This document shows, in pieces, positions 50,001 through 62,430 of a stretch of DNA of 64,000 bases. Below the pieces are notes generated by a model. It did not search any database, was not told the DNA's origin, and saw only the letters and a list, made by a program, of their open reading frames with translations. The position numbers and the translations under genes were made by a program. The stretch comes from Klebsormidium nitens (taxonomy: Eukaryota; Plantae; Klebsormidiophyceae). The first letter of the stretch is position 1; the number at the start of each line of letters is the position of its first letter. The stretch is taken from contig DF237380.1 of the NCBI GenBank assembly GCA_000708835.1, forward strand, positions 1-64,000, read 5' to 3'.

Positions 50001-51553
50001 AGAAAAAGCCAACCATGGAATAAAGTTCAACAGTGCATCCTTCTTAGCTGACACCATCCCTGCTGCCAAAGGTGTGCCTAGCCTCTCACCTGGAAGTCAG
50101 TGTCAGAGATGATGCTGAAGACCTCATTGCGCACGCCGTGCCAGTCGAAGTAAATGCCTCCCGGCGCCGAGAAATGGGGATCGCCGCAGACACCACCGGT
50201 GTTGTACGCGCCTGCGAAGGACAGGGAAACAGAACCGTTTGTGTCATTCCGACGAACCTCCGCCCTGCTCAGATATTTCTGCTACACGGAGCGGGTTAGA
50301 CTGATGTGGCTCCCCAAGAAGATCCTGGAACGGTTTTGAAACTGTGACTTAGGGCTCTAGACCAGTCTCGTAAAATGGCTCTCTCGAATGAGTCATTGCT
50401 TCGATAACACGTTTGTTTGTTTGAGTACATGGGATATGTTGCTTGCAGAAATGGAGCAAACCCTCAAGAAGTCCTCGAGAGAAGCTTACTGAAAGAGGAA
50501 CAGCTCATCACAGACCCGGCCAAGGCTATGTTCTTGGGCTGAAACCAAGAATGGTAGAGGCTTTTGAAAATGAAGAGGGGAGCGCAGGAAAAGATCCGGA
50601 GTGCAGGGGACAAGAGGAGAGTGAAGATTAACGATACTGCCAAACTCAACAAAGTGGAAGAGCGCGCAGGGGATGCATAACATTCTTAAGCAGGGAAGAC
50701 TAAACCAGCCATCAGGGATTCGATTAGTCAGTCAGTATTGACTGCATAGCGCAGCGGGGTCTCATCATCTTTCTCAGCGTAGGGTTAGAAGGATGACGAG
50801 ACGAAAAATCCTACGGGAGTAGCTGAGCATTTTTTATGGTAACCTCGGCTGCTAGAGTCGGATTAAAACCATTCCAGGGGCGTTTGCTTTTGCGGGCGCT
50901 CCGGATCCAGAAGCAGCTGAATGAAGTGATAGACTGAAAGGCTATTGTTGAGTTTTGGAGAAGCCGGACACTTGAATAGATGGTGTAGTTTTTCAAGGCT
51001 TCAGGTTTGTTTCTGCTGCTTCTGAAGCGACACGCCTGAGTTGCCGCCAAATGAACACTCACAAAACCTGGCAGATTGGAAGTTTAGAACTTGGGAGGCA
51101 AACAGAACCACTGTAAGAACAGAGCAGATGCAGACCGGGAAGAAAACTTTTGAAAACAGAGACCTGCCCAATCTTGTGCCTACTTGACAGCCACTAGGCG
51201 CAAAGCAAAAACCTGGAGCATAGCACACTGAAGAACTGGTGAAAGGAGTCAGGAAGCTCACGGGGATTGGTGCAAGAGCTCGACGACGCGACGCACTTGA
51301 GCGTGATGTAGTTGCCGTTATCGGTGCACGATGGGCACGAGTTGTCCCTGGACCCGCATCCGCTGTTATAGCAGCCCACCGTGACCTGGTTGCAGCTCGT
51401 TATGCTCGTCAGATTCAGTGCCCCAATGGCCGATGTGCACTTGTTTGAGTTGACGCCCGCGCATGGGGCGACGTAGCCGATGTAGGTGGCGCTCGCGACA
51501 TGAGCGGTGAGCGCGAGCACCAGAAGAAGGGCTGGCAGCTGGCGGTGCGCCAT
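47032..51553 (-). CDS. Secreted root-cap/LEA-related family protein, paralog 2, 7 exons
   Basis: Same exon structure as paralog 1: 51553-51262, ~50208-50089, ~49665-49598, ~49304-49166, ~48537-48397, ~47960-47883, ~47328-47032. Signal peptide MAHRQLPALLLVLALTAHVASA and GGVCGDPH. Confidence 0.8.
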
Positions 51554-52812
51554 GGGGACAGCTGGCAAGAGCAGATGACAGCTGTACTTGAGCTATCAAA
51601 AACCAAAGGGCGCGCGTCAGCTGGCGCAAAATACTGGTGCACTGGGAGCTGCAGAGAGAAACTGAGAAGAAGATTGAAGGAGGAGCTGACAATTGGTCTG
51701 TGAATGAAAGACCGGACCTAAGCTTCGCTTTTAAAGTTGCCTTCGCTCATTGCCTCTGTCCTGACGGTGCCAGTAGCTGGACAGCTGCGCCAGTGGAGTT
51801 GTTGGTGGAGCAACGTTTGCTCAATGATCACGCAAGCTCAAGCGAACTTTTCGCCTTTCCGGACCCCACGGCGCTGCATGCTCATCCAGAGCATACTTTT
51901 AACAGTGCTCAATGAGCTAGGAGGCCGAAGTCAGTACTGGCAGGCTGCATGAGCTACTGCCACTGGTTACCACCCCTGCATGAGCCGCCCTCTGCCATGT
52001 GGGCCTGATGATAGGTACCTAGTATACCATGGCTAGAACTAGAAGTAGGTAGGTACCAAGTGGCAAGGGGCCGGTGCAGTTCAAAGACCTCTAGAGTCTA
52101 GAAGCCCCGGGCACCTTGACCAAAAACTCTAACTGAAACAACGTGACGCGCCCCGGAGCCCCCACCCTACCCACCGTCCCTTAAACCACCATGTAGAATA
52201 AACAATACCCGTCCCCCGGGTGCTCCATCCTTCGCGGACAAAGTAAGTACCCGTACAGGTACCAGGGTACACCGTACGCATCATGCATGGCGTCATGCTG
52301 CACAATCATAGGTACCGTAGGTAGTTCCTGAGCCTTGTGCAGGAGCCGCGGGCGCGGCGGTAGTCGCGCACCCGGCTAAGAATATGGTGTACTATGTTTG
52401 TGTTTCGAAGTCGAAGTCCATTGGCGCCCTCTTTTGTCCAACTCCGCTCTGTTGGTTATCCGCCGGAGGCGATGGCTGGTCGCCACACGCACCCGTTACC
52501 GTCTGGATTCCGAAACGAAACACTGTCGCACCCCGATCCCGGGCTACGCGCTGGGCCCGCGCGGTGTACCCGATCACGGTTCACCTGACCCGAAATACTC
52601 GCGCGGCCTGACCCGGTTGCAACCTGGTAGCTGTATCTGTATTCCCGCTGCTACAGCGGGGCACGGCGGGACAGGTTTTTATCGACTGTATGTTGTCCCG
52701 CGCGCGATACCCGCAGGGTATCTCCTGAACCCCCCATAGACTGGGATATTCAGAAAAACGCCAAGTCCATATTATAGTATATATATATTATACGATCAAA
52801 TTTGACCGGCGA

Positions 52813-52893
52813 AGCAGCCCGGTGTAGTGACTAAGACCTTCGCCTATACAGTGAGGTGAGACGCTCGAATCCCTTCAGAAGCACCTTTTTTTT
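52813..52893 (+). pseudogene. Degenerate tRNA-like sequence (closest to eukaryotic tRNA-Val) followed by an oligo-T tract; pseudogene or SINE head
   Basis: GTGTAGTG-ACTAAG-ACCTTCGCCTATACAGTGAG...GCTCGAATCC...CAGAAGCA-CC-TTTTTTTT aligns with the tRNA-Val pattern GTGTAGTG..ACGTTCGCCT.ACACGCGAA..GGTTCGAAACC..CAGAAGCA. The anticodon stem can pair with G-U wobble; the acceptor and T stems are broken. Confidence 0.45.
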
Positions 52894-53292
52894 AACAACT
52901 TTTTCTTCAGTTAAGTTGGTAGCTCTTAAGAGTGTTTATAAAGGGTTCAAACAACAACGTAGCCCTTTTGAGTTAGACGTACATTATCTAAGCTCATTTT
53001 TAATAGACGTACATTAGCTAAGCTCATTTTTTATAGAAGGAAACCCTGTACATGATGTCTCGTTTGCTAGATATACATACCGTCATCACTCACATACATT
53101 CACTCGAATACAAAATGAACGGACATGATCATATTTCCAATACGTGCAATCAATTGACCATCATGGCATATGCACACGAGTGATTCTCTAATTGATTGCA
53201 TGTAATCCATTTAAATGACGTACAAAGCGAATTCGATATGCCCCGTATCTCAACGTCGTAGTATATGCAAGTTTGCTTTGCAGACTGTTTTA

Positions 53293-56200
53293 TTACTCCT
53301 GCATTGCGTCTGCTTCCAAAGGGTTACTACGCAACCATGTCTTGAAACCTTCGTGTCCTAATTCATCTCGCTTTCTAGAGTACTCTTTGATTAAATCCTC
53401 AAGCTTTACCTTCTTTTGCTTCTTAATCGAGTCCCCGCCTGCCTCCTCGTCGGCCACTTCACCCGCCTTTCGCTTCTTCATTGTCGGGCAAGCATCAATG
53501 AATGACCTCATTGCAGCATGCGGATCCCCTAACGTGTCCGTCTTGATCCGCTCCGTGTATATGATTGCCTCCTCTGCACTTAGCCCTAGAGTCTCCGCCG
53601 TGTTTTCGACAAACTTGACAAGTACCTGTAGCCCACTGATCAAGCGACCGACTTCCCTGTCCGCATATTTGAAGGTTCGATCCTCCAATGCTGCCGCTTT
53701 CAATGCATCGATGCTCTGTTTTCCATCCAAGCCGACCTTGAATAAGTAATAAGCTTGCGCCACCTGCGTTATCTTTCGGAGAAAATTTAAGGAATAAACA
53801 TTCTCAACGTCCTGTTGACGTGTCCTTCGAGGCCTCCGTGCCTGACCTTGTTGCGAATTCGTCCCAGCTGACGTACCCGCAGCGCCGGTCTCCTGATCGG
53901 CAGCATCACGTGCTGCAAAGTTTGCGCGACCACCCGTTGCAGCTGCGGAAGCAGCGGTGGCATGCTGTGATGTCATCCCTGAGCGGTCGAGGTCGTCATC
54001 GGGACCTCCAGCCGTTGCAGCCCCCTGATCTGCGGGTCCCCCAGTTGCTGCGATGAGTGAAATTTCCCCCAAGCAGCGCTGTAACCGCGTCACAGCTCCA
54101 CGCAAAAGCCCCACGTCCGTTGCGATGGTGTCCAGACCCGCCTTGATCTGCATTCAAATAAGACTTTCGCCATTCAAAAACTGCAAGCCGATTGCAGAAA
54201 AAGCCTGTAAAGCCTGTACAGCATGTAAATGCCTGTAAAGGCTTTACAGCCTGCAACATTAGCTGGAGTAACTTTGCATGAGTGAATCCGGGTTTGGCAA
54301 GCCAGAACCATCAAACCGTACACTAATTGAGTTGGAACCGCAGTCTGGTTACCTACGAATTCAGGGTCTGGTTGGGTGAGCAACCGGGACCTGGTTGAGG
54401 TTAACCAGACTGTGGTTCTGAGCCAGACTGTGGTTCTGAAGATGTGGTTAACCAGACTGTGGTTCTGCGGGTCAACCAGGCCTGGTTAGAGCCGCTAACC
54501 AGACCGGCCTGGTTGCGGTTTGATTAGCTCCTGGTTAGCGAGTCTGGTTAGCTGCGGAAATTTCCCTGTGAACGGAATAGCTAGCCTAGAAAAATCATCA
54601 TCAAAGGTTTGGACCAATCTAAGACTCATAAGTCAACGAAGCAGAAAGGTGAAACTCGACAAAATGTGACGCTCGGGCACCGACATCTGTTCTGACGACA
54701 GAGTCAATTCGGTTTCTCACCTCGGCCCCTGGGACCTCTGGCCGCTCAACCACGTCCGGAAGCTGGTCACGGCCTTCTTCCGCATCAACGACCTCCTTCA
54801 CGAACTGAAGCCAGAGTTCGGCGTGCTCCGCGTCAGGGTCCATCAGGACATGGTTACACAGAGGATGGTCTGGACACCGGTCGTAGACCAGAGCAAGATG
54901 CTGATAGACAATTTTCCGCAGCGGCCCTGTAAGCGCCCTGAGGAACTGCTCGGCCGACATGTCACGCTCCAATTTTTTTGGGGCCGCCTTCCGCTCGCCC
55001 TTGTACTTGCTGATGAGAGCGTGCCTCTGCACACAGAAGGGCCCATTCCGATGAGCTTTGCGTGCTAAGCAGGAGAAGGCAATTTCATATTAGGGTATCA
55101 GCTCTCTAGAAGAGCTTTTCTGAACCGATTTTCGAACACCATGCAGAGGTTGCGCGGCACAGTCTTTACTGCAGCACAATCTGACCTTCATGCAAAGACT
55201 AACTTCTGAGCCATTGCAAAGCACAGATCACAGCGGTCCGCTCCTACGAACCTTTGAGCACACCAAAGATGACCTTGTCGGCAACTTACCGCCACAACCT
55301 CTGCTAGCTGGCTGTCGGCCTTTGCGAACAGCATGGGGAGGCCGTCCGGAACATCCACATGGAACCGTGGTAGATGATATGCCTGCTTCAGTGGAGGGAA
55401 CCCGCTCATCACGAGAAGCGCCTCAGGGGGTATGTTGGTCAGGTAGCTTAGGAACATGTGGGCATATACCCAGTGCCCAAGCCGAGCAATATCTGACTCG
55501 GACAACCTGCAAGATGGACGATCGAACTCGATGAAAAGCTTATTTAAAAAGAAATGAAACGGCTCCTGACTCGAATTGGCACGCAACACCTTTCATTAGC
55601 CGAGCAGACAACAATTATACGTGGACGGTGACCGAGACAAGCAAGTGCGGGACTCCATATCTAACGGTAGTCAGACTAGGCTCCCGTCCTTTTGACGGCC
55701 TTCAAAGCAACCGTTCTTTGGCCAGCGGCCTTCAAAGCAGCTTTCAGGAACCAGCGTGCAAGGTACCTGTGGCATGAGAGTCTGGGATCTCACCCTCCGA
55801 GGTCAGCCTCCCGTGCACCGACACCCCGAAAGGAGTGTGTGACTTTCGAAGAGCTGATTCCAAGCGCCGCAAATATCCCGCACAAGTACTGGTAGTGTTG
55901 GTCGAACCGCAGTGGGACCAAAGGGGAGCGAGCATCGCCGGGAAACAACCAGTACAGGTACCCAGAAATCAGATTTAAGCATTTCGGGTTTTTCTCTGGC
56001 AAGTTCTAGATTGGCATAGTCGCGTGTCACACGGACCAAAGTTCCCGAGCAGGTGCTCAGGAAAAGAAAGCCGGTCTGCAAGTGCTTGCAGACAATGAAA
56101 GAATAAAAGGAAAGACAGAAACGATTGCTACACACACGATGGCCCTTGCTTACCAGGAGCTGGGAAATGGGCGCATCTCTTGCTCGCTTGCCGCTGTCTG

Positions 56201-59200
56201 GTTACCCGTTGGGCTACGGGCGGCAACAGGTGTCCGCTCAGAGCTCGAAGTAGTTGAAGCCCCGTCGGCCGCTGCTGAAGTGGCGGCAGCGGGTGACTGG
56301 GCGGCTCCGCCTGCAACAGGACTCAACAACGGGCTCCCGTCTGGCGTTAGCAGCTGTGGTCGCTCGCTGTCATCGGAACCACCGTCATCAAAGTCCTCGT
56401 CCTCCGCCTCCCTGTATCCGGGATCCTGCCGCAACTGCCGCTCGTACTCAGCTTCTGTGCCCTCAAAAGGGGCCCAGTCTGGGTAGACGTCTTTGGGAAG
56501 TCTCCACCGAGTGTCTGGGAATGGCTCATTCAACACCTCCCACCGGTAGTACAGAAGGAGGCCAAGAGCGCCGAACGCGCAGCGCCCCCACTTCTTGTGC
56601 TGAATGAGGCCAATCATCTGTTTCCGCCCCTCCTACAAGGACACGCAGAGAACCAATTACAATTCCGAAATTCTACAGGGTAACGCGTGCCAGGTACAAA
56701 TCAAGCCGAATACCCTTCAGGAAAGGAACGTTCAAACGCGTATAAGCCTAGATTGCCAAGGGGCCTCATACTTGTCAAGAACACTTTGTGAGCACCCCGT
56801 GAGAAGATCTATTCTTAAACTCAAAGCAAACATCACGGAGTCGATCGTGCAATGGACAAGACAAACAAACACCTGATATGATGGGCTGGGCGCTTACAGC
56901 AAAATCTCACACTTAATGCGTGCCAAGAGCTATGCGCGCCAGCCACTTACTTTGTTCTGCTTCCCTCGATCGGTAACCAGGCCCAGCATCCAACACTCGG
57001 TCGGGCCTATGGATTCCTGCTTGAGGGCGAAGAGGTCGCACAAATTGAAGCCACGTGTCGTGTCTCCTCTGCCCAAAGATGAGTGCTGTAGTGCCGACAT
57101 GGCTCTGCAAGAAAACAAGAATGTAAATCAAATCTGCAAAACGAAAGCGCAAGGTTCCCAACGCCAGCAAAGAAGACCAGCTAACGGTTACTGTCAAAGC
57201 GAGTTCGAACGGCCGAGCGGCTATGACGTTAGCAATCAGTCTGCTGACGTCACAGCAAGTTCAAACGCGCGGAACCAAGCGGCCAAGCCCCTCCGACGTA
57301 AGCAATCAGCCCGCTGACGTCACAGCAAGTTCAAACGCACGGAATCAAACGGCCAAGCCCCTCTGATGTCAGCAATCAGTACGCTTACGTTAGGGCAAGT
57401 TTGAAAGAGCGGATCGAACGGCCAAGCTCGGCGCGGACGTCAACAATCATTCCGCTGATATATTAGAACAGATTTAAAGGAGCTAACTTGAACGGCGGAG
57501 CGCCTCTGACATACCTCATTGAAAGCGCTTCGAATACTTTGTCGTAGTCTTCGTCCATGTTGTGGTGCCAAGCATCGTCCAACATCTTGTCCAACATGTC
57601 GGTGAGCTGATCGTCGGAGTAACCATCGGACACCGCCCCCTCTTGCCGGTCCAGAAACTCTCTGCAGCAGCATGACTCTCTTTGGCAACCGTGTACATAT
57701 AAAGTTTGAAGACATCTTGAAGACCACGACTTCCTTCACGACGGCTGAGACGAACGGGACGGACATTCTAGATAGAAAGTGCTTCAGAGAGCACCACTGC
57801 AAAGCACGTATGCACCAGCTTTTCTCACTTACTCGCGTGCCCGGGTGGCTGTTTGTCGTGCAGCGGCTCGCAGGCATGTCTTCACGGAGGGAGTCCGCAG
57901 GTCGTGTGTCACCCGCACCCCCCGCATGATGCACTGGATCTGGTGGGTGAAGACAAGAGCTTTGACGTGGTCCTCCACAACGCTGTAGCTCTGCAAAGGA
58001 ATATGGAGTGAATTGGTGCCACATGTATCTCAGATCGTGTGCTCGAACTCGCAAAGCTTGTTGCAAGTCACACTTGCTCCAACCATTAATCAAGCAGAAA
58101 AGTTTTGTGAGAAAGCTGATTGCACGTAAAAGCATAAACAGAGTCCAGTCTCAATTGATCGACCAGACTCTGGTCACCACCAACCAGGCCGCCATCGAGT
58201 CTGGTCAAGCTTTTGGAGTATGGTTCACGAGCTAATCACGCCTGGTTAAACCGCTAACCAGCCCGGTCTGTTTATGGTCTGGTTTTAGGGTCTGTTTAAA
58301 GAGTCGGGTTAGCAGCGAAATCTCCCTGTGTTAGTCCTCACCTTCCGCTTTTTCATCCCCCCTGGCCCAATGATGGGCTGGGTGAGGTTGGCAATGTATG
58401 ATTCAACCCTTTCGGGGGTGATCAATACCCCCTTCCACCACCACTCTCGTGGTTCCAATCCCACCCCCAAACCAGAGGGCTCGTTTCTGAACTCCCGCAT
58501 CTCGTCCCACCTCGCTTCGACGTCGGCCTCTCGAAACTTGTTGCGGAAGAACACCTGAAGTTGGACAAAAAACATTGAATGATTCACTTTATGGCCAAAC
58601 CAGTAGTTTCATTGCTCCCAATCTCTAGCCAGCTGATTGCTCCTCTAAATTGGGTCGATGAGCGGTCAACAAAAATCTAGACAAAAGCACAACCAGACAA
58701 CCAGTGCAATTTCCACCGCTCGCCGATTGCCAGGCAAACATGCTTGTGCTTGTAGCATTCCGCAATTCACGCGACTTCAGACCTGCAGCAAGCCGAGCAC
58801 AGTAAAGCCAAAGATGCAGAAACTTGAAAGCTAGCCTTCGCTTCTCCGCTGCACTGTGCACAAAGAACGATCATCAGTTGCATAGCTTGCAAACAGTTTT
58901 GTTGCCTACCTGAAACTCCCCGGTCCGCGAAAGGTACTTCCCTTGGCTCCGTGGAGCTAGCGTGGCGATGTACTGAAGAGCAACTTTCTTACGATCATCC
59001 AGACTCGGAGCCATAAGATCTTCTTGCAGCACAGTCTGGGCCGCAATAGATTCAGCCTTTGCTTCTTCAGGAGTGCTTGGAGGGTCACCATGGCTTGGCA
59101 ACCCATCATCGTCGTTCGCATCCGACTCCCCATCTGCATCCGATTCTGCAGCCTGAATTGCTGCACGCTGTTGTGCTCGCTGCATTCTGGCACTTATGCG

Positions 59201-59430
59201 TTTCGAGACACGCCGCACCGGTGTCCCTTGTTCAGAACCATCTGCACCACCTTCGTCAACACTGGGGGAATCTAGGTGCTGCCTTCCAACATTTGGTGAA
59301 TCTAAACCTCTATCGTGAGAAAACTCAAACGGGTGGCCAGCTCGACGCTGAGGTTCAAAAGGGCTTGCAGAATGCTGAAAGTAACGGGGACGCCGTCTTT
59401 CAAACTCGGGAGACGCTGGACTATCTGCAT
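53293..59430 (-). CDS. Crypton-type tyrosine recombinase (Ndc10 domain II-like) with C-terminal GCR1_C-like domain, at least 10 exons; 5' end uncertain
   Basis: Spliced translation: KYLSRTGEFQVFF...GVLITPERVESYI | SYSVVEDHVKALV..Q...RTPSVK | EFLDRQEGAVSDGYS | ALQHSSLGRGDTTR...LCDL...GPTEC..LGLVTDRGKQNK | EGRKQMIGLIQHK..RCAFGALGLLLYYRW | LGISSSKVTHSFRGVGAREA | SESDIARLGHW....FLSYLTNIPPEAL..MSGF...YHLPR | QFLRAL..LRKIVYQHLA...PDHPL | YSLNF..KITQVAQAYYLFKVGLDGKQSIDAL. Candidate catalytic R (~57068), K (~56960), HxxR (55827-55838), W (~55472) and Y (~55443) are all present. Confidence 0.9.
54290..54572. repeat. Palindrome-rich AACCAG/CTGGTT repeat in a Crypton intron, copy 1
   Basis: Repeated (aa)ccagactgtggtt units, then gcctggttagagccgctaaccagaccggcctggtt...ggttagctgcggaaatttccctgtg. 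Confidence 0.75.
57225..57460. repeat. 70-bp tandem repeat, about 3.5 copies, in a Crypton intron
   Basis: agcaatcag recurs at 57231, 57301 and 57371, and as aacaatcat at 57442. Unit: agcaatcag..gctgacgtcacagcaagttcaaacgc.cggaa.caa.cggccaagcccct. Confidence 0.85.
58160..58330. repeat. Palindrome-rich AACCAG/CTGGTT repeat in a Crypton intron, copy 2
   Basis: gcctggttaaaccgctaaccagcccggtctg...gggttagcagcgaaatctccctgtg, a direct-orientation homolog of 54478-54570. Confidence 0.75.
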
Positions 59431-62430
59431 TCACAAAGAAGCCAACCGTTAGTATGCGTCGCTTTGCTTGCTGTTCAAATCAACTCAGCTGACTTGACTC
59501 TCAATACACCGGGCAACTAATGTCCAGCTTCAACTGCTGCTGTACACTCACAGCACACGTTACAAATTGAAACATAACAAGGAACTGAGCTCATGAGAAG
59601 GTCTGCCAACATTCAGACAGATTTGCAAGACAAGCTTTTCAAAGTCTCTGTTGGGTTTCAACTTGTCCTGCTGCCCCTCTCAAAAGGTCATTCTGTAAGC
59701 TGGTCTCGAACCAGGAACAAGTTGATAAGCAAGATCAGAATATAGAGCAAACATTTCACCACTAACATCTATGTTTTGTAATGTTCACACCCTATTTTCC
59801 AAATCCTAATGTGCTGGAAGTACCAATTTGGCACATGCTGGAGATAGGCTAAGATAATTTGGTGCTGGTCTTGCAATTCAAGTGGCACTTGCAACTGTCT
59901 CACATCAGTAAATGGGAGCTCAAGCTTGTTGAAGGGCAGCTCACCTTCAGCAGAATTCATCCTTGGCTATCTTGCTTGAGTAAAATTACCATGCTTTGTG
60001 CCAACTCTAAACGAGTGCTGGTACTTCTTTAAGTGAAAACCCAAAGTATGGCAGCTGTTTGGTAACGGTATGTCCTCCTTGTTTCAGCTGGCACCACCGG
60101 AATTGACTATCTTTTTAAAGCTGTTTCAGCCCCGTTTCAGCATTGAGCAAAAAGCAATCCACCATTGCTACATTGTCACAATTCAGGCTTGGTTGGAATG
60201 GCATTGAGGCAATGCTACCATTGGGCTGCTGCTGGTATGCTTTTGTTCTCTGCCTCTCAACAAGCCTCAGGACCTTGCTTCTTGCTTCAGCTTGATCGAG
60301 CTAACAACTAACTTATTAGGCGCGGCTCCTGCAACAACCTGGTTCCTGCCAGCACTGAATGCTAGCCGGCCTGCCGGAAGCTGGGTTATAACCTATTGTA
60401 TGGTCCCTGGTAATAGCTTATTGAGATTGGACAGGCTATAGGCGACGGCTTTCTTACGGCAGAACTGACGTTGAGCGCTTGATGGTTTCTTGATCAGCCA
60501 GGGGGTCACCGACGGAGTCGCGCCGGTCCGGGGTAACACAGTTAAAATTGGAGCGGGACCGGCCGCGCGGCGGTACGGTGTCCCGCTGCCCCACGGCACC
60601 GTGTCCCGCGGAGTGCCCCGTCGCTCGATACGGCTCTGTACGTGTGTCCACTGTCTTGGCTTTCGGGCCCCGGGGGATCACTCTCACAGATACTTTTCCT
60701 CAGTTTAGGTATGTGCTCTGGATAGGATCCTAGATTCGGAAGCTGGATGCCAGTGCGCAGGACGTGACTTTGAAAGAATTCTGCTCATCGACTCCTCTGA
60801 TCTCAGTCACTCCAGTACGTACGTCCTGCAGATGTGATGAGAATCGCCAATATTCTTCACCTTCACCCAAGTACAGCTGGCAATTCCTGGTGCCTAAACT
60901 CTGGCCTGTAGCTTGGGATGGTCATGAAACCAAGAATCATTGATATCTGACGAGCCTTTCAAGTTTTCAGTGCCGATATCAGTGCTTTACTATCTATGGG
61001 GTGATGATCACAATTGATTATATATGCCCACGTCCCCAGCGTGGGCATCACGTGTGCCGCCTCTGATCGGTACTGTGCCGAGCGAACTTTTTATGAGGGG
61101 CGGTCGCACATGCCCGACTTAGATCGACATACCTACCTATGTAGTTAGAAAACAGCACCTGCACAGCCTTCCACTAGTGTACACAGTACGAGACCGGGAT
61201 TTGGCAGTGCTAATTACGAGCGAGACAAACATATGCATATGAGCATGATACATGTTCTGTTAAAGTGAGGCCATATTGGCCATGATTGGATGAACGGGTA
61301 TAGGTATACAGCCTCTAACCGACGCCCACTGACTTTAAGCGGCAGTGCTTTGAAATGTTCATCGAGCATCTGGGCTGATCTGGCCCATTCTAGTACCGGT
61401 ATAATGTCATTGAACCCGACTTCGCTTCAGAGGTAGCAGCCTGTCCCGGTAAAAGAGCACTTCACAACCCGGGACTGTCGACAACCAGCTGTGAACCAGC
61501 TAGCAGTGAATCAAGCATATAATTACTTTTATTTCCAGCTCTGTACTGAAAGTGAGCGAATGAGTAAATCCTTGATTTAGTTGAACGGTCATCAAAAGTT
61601 GAGGCTACAATGAACCGCAAGTGAGTGAAACTTGCGGTTGATGGCGTTGACACAGCAGCTTCAAGAACGTCAAGTCTCAAGTGTGTGAAGATGAATCGAA
61701 CAGTATGTCATTATCGTTCTGTACCACTGATTTGGCCGCCTCGTTGAAATCATGCAGTATTCAGGGCGTTATACAGTTTGCTGTTTCTGTAGTTATGCAC
61801 CCAACGTCCACGCAGCTCGATATCCTTCGGGCAGCACTTTCCGCTCGCATCGTACACCCTTAAAACTGCTCATATGTGGACCGATATGCCTCCACCTACT
61901 AGTACAGGTCTCTGATTGATCACAGTCTTTATGAGCGCGGCCGGTCATGGTGCAGGCAAATGGTTGAGAGATGCAGCTTCGTTCGATTGGTGGAAGAGTA
62001 AATGCAAACGACAACGATAGATGATACTGCACAAAGGATCAGCCGCCACTTCCGTCATCCAGTGACCGGTTCGAGGTAATTTGAAACCCCTTCCTTTATT
62101 CTCCTCCGATTTCAATCTGATCTGTCTACGTCACTATGGTAAGTTTCGACTCACTCCGTCTTCAAATTTCAGAAACTTGTGCTCCGGAACAGCTCAACAA
62201 GTGTGTAGGTTACAGCACCTGACTACGAGTACCATGAAGAGCTTCAGCGGCAATAATGACATGCACAAATCCTTCTCGACGACGGCCAGAGCGAAAGCTG
62301 CTTATGCTCGACTTCAAATGTTCAAAGGGAACTTGAATGCCCAAAGGAGAAGCCCACCTGGGGAACTCTGCTGAAATTTCAAACGGTTCTAAATGAATGG
62401 CTTCCTGAATTCAGGTCGCGTCATATTGTT

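Larger units (their letters stand above)
52380..60700 (-). mobile_element. Crypton (CryptonF-like) DNA transposon; boundaries approximate
   Basis: The YR+GCR1_C gene is diagnostic. It interrupts a tandem gene array. GC-rich non-coding blocks at ~52380-52740 and ~60500-60700 share an inverted GGGGCA(N1-4)GCGGGACA motif. Exact termini and target duplication were not identified. Confidence 0.55.

Noticed and set aside
59769-59960. 63-aa ORF as the first Crypton exon
   Set aside because: No convincing in-phase donor linking it to the exon at ~59430 and no motif support; left unassigned.
60800-62400. Short ORFs between the Crypton and paralog 3 as genes
   Set aside because: Fragmentary, stop-rich and without identifiable domains.
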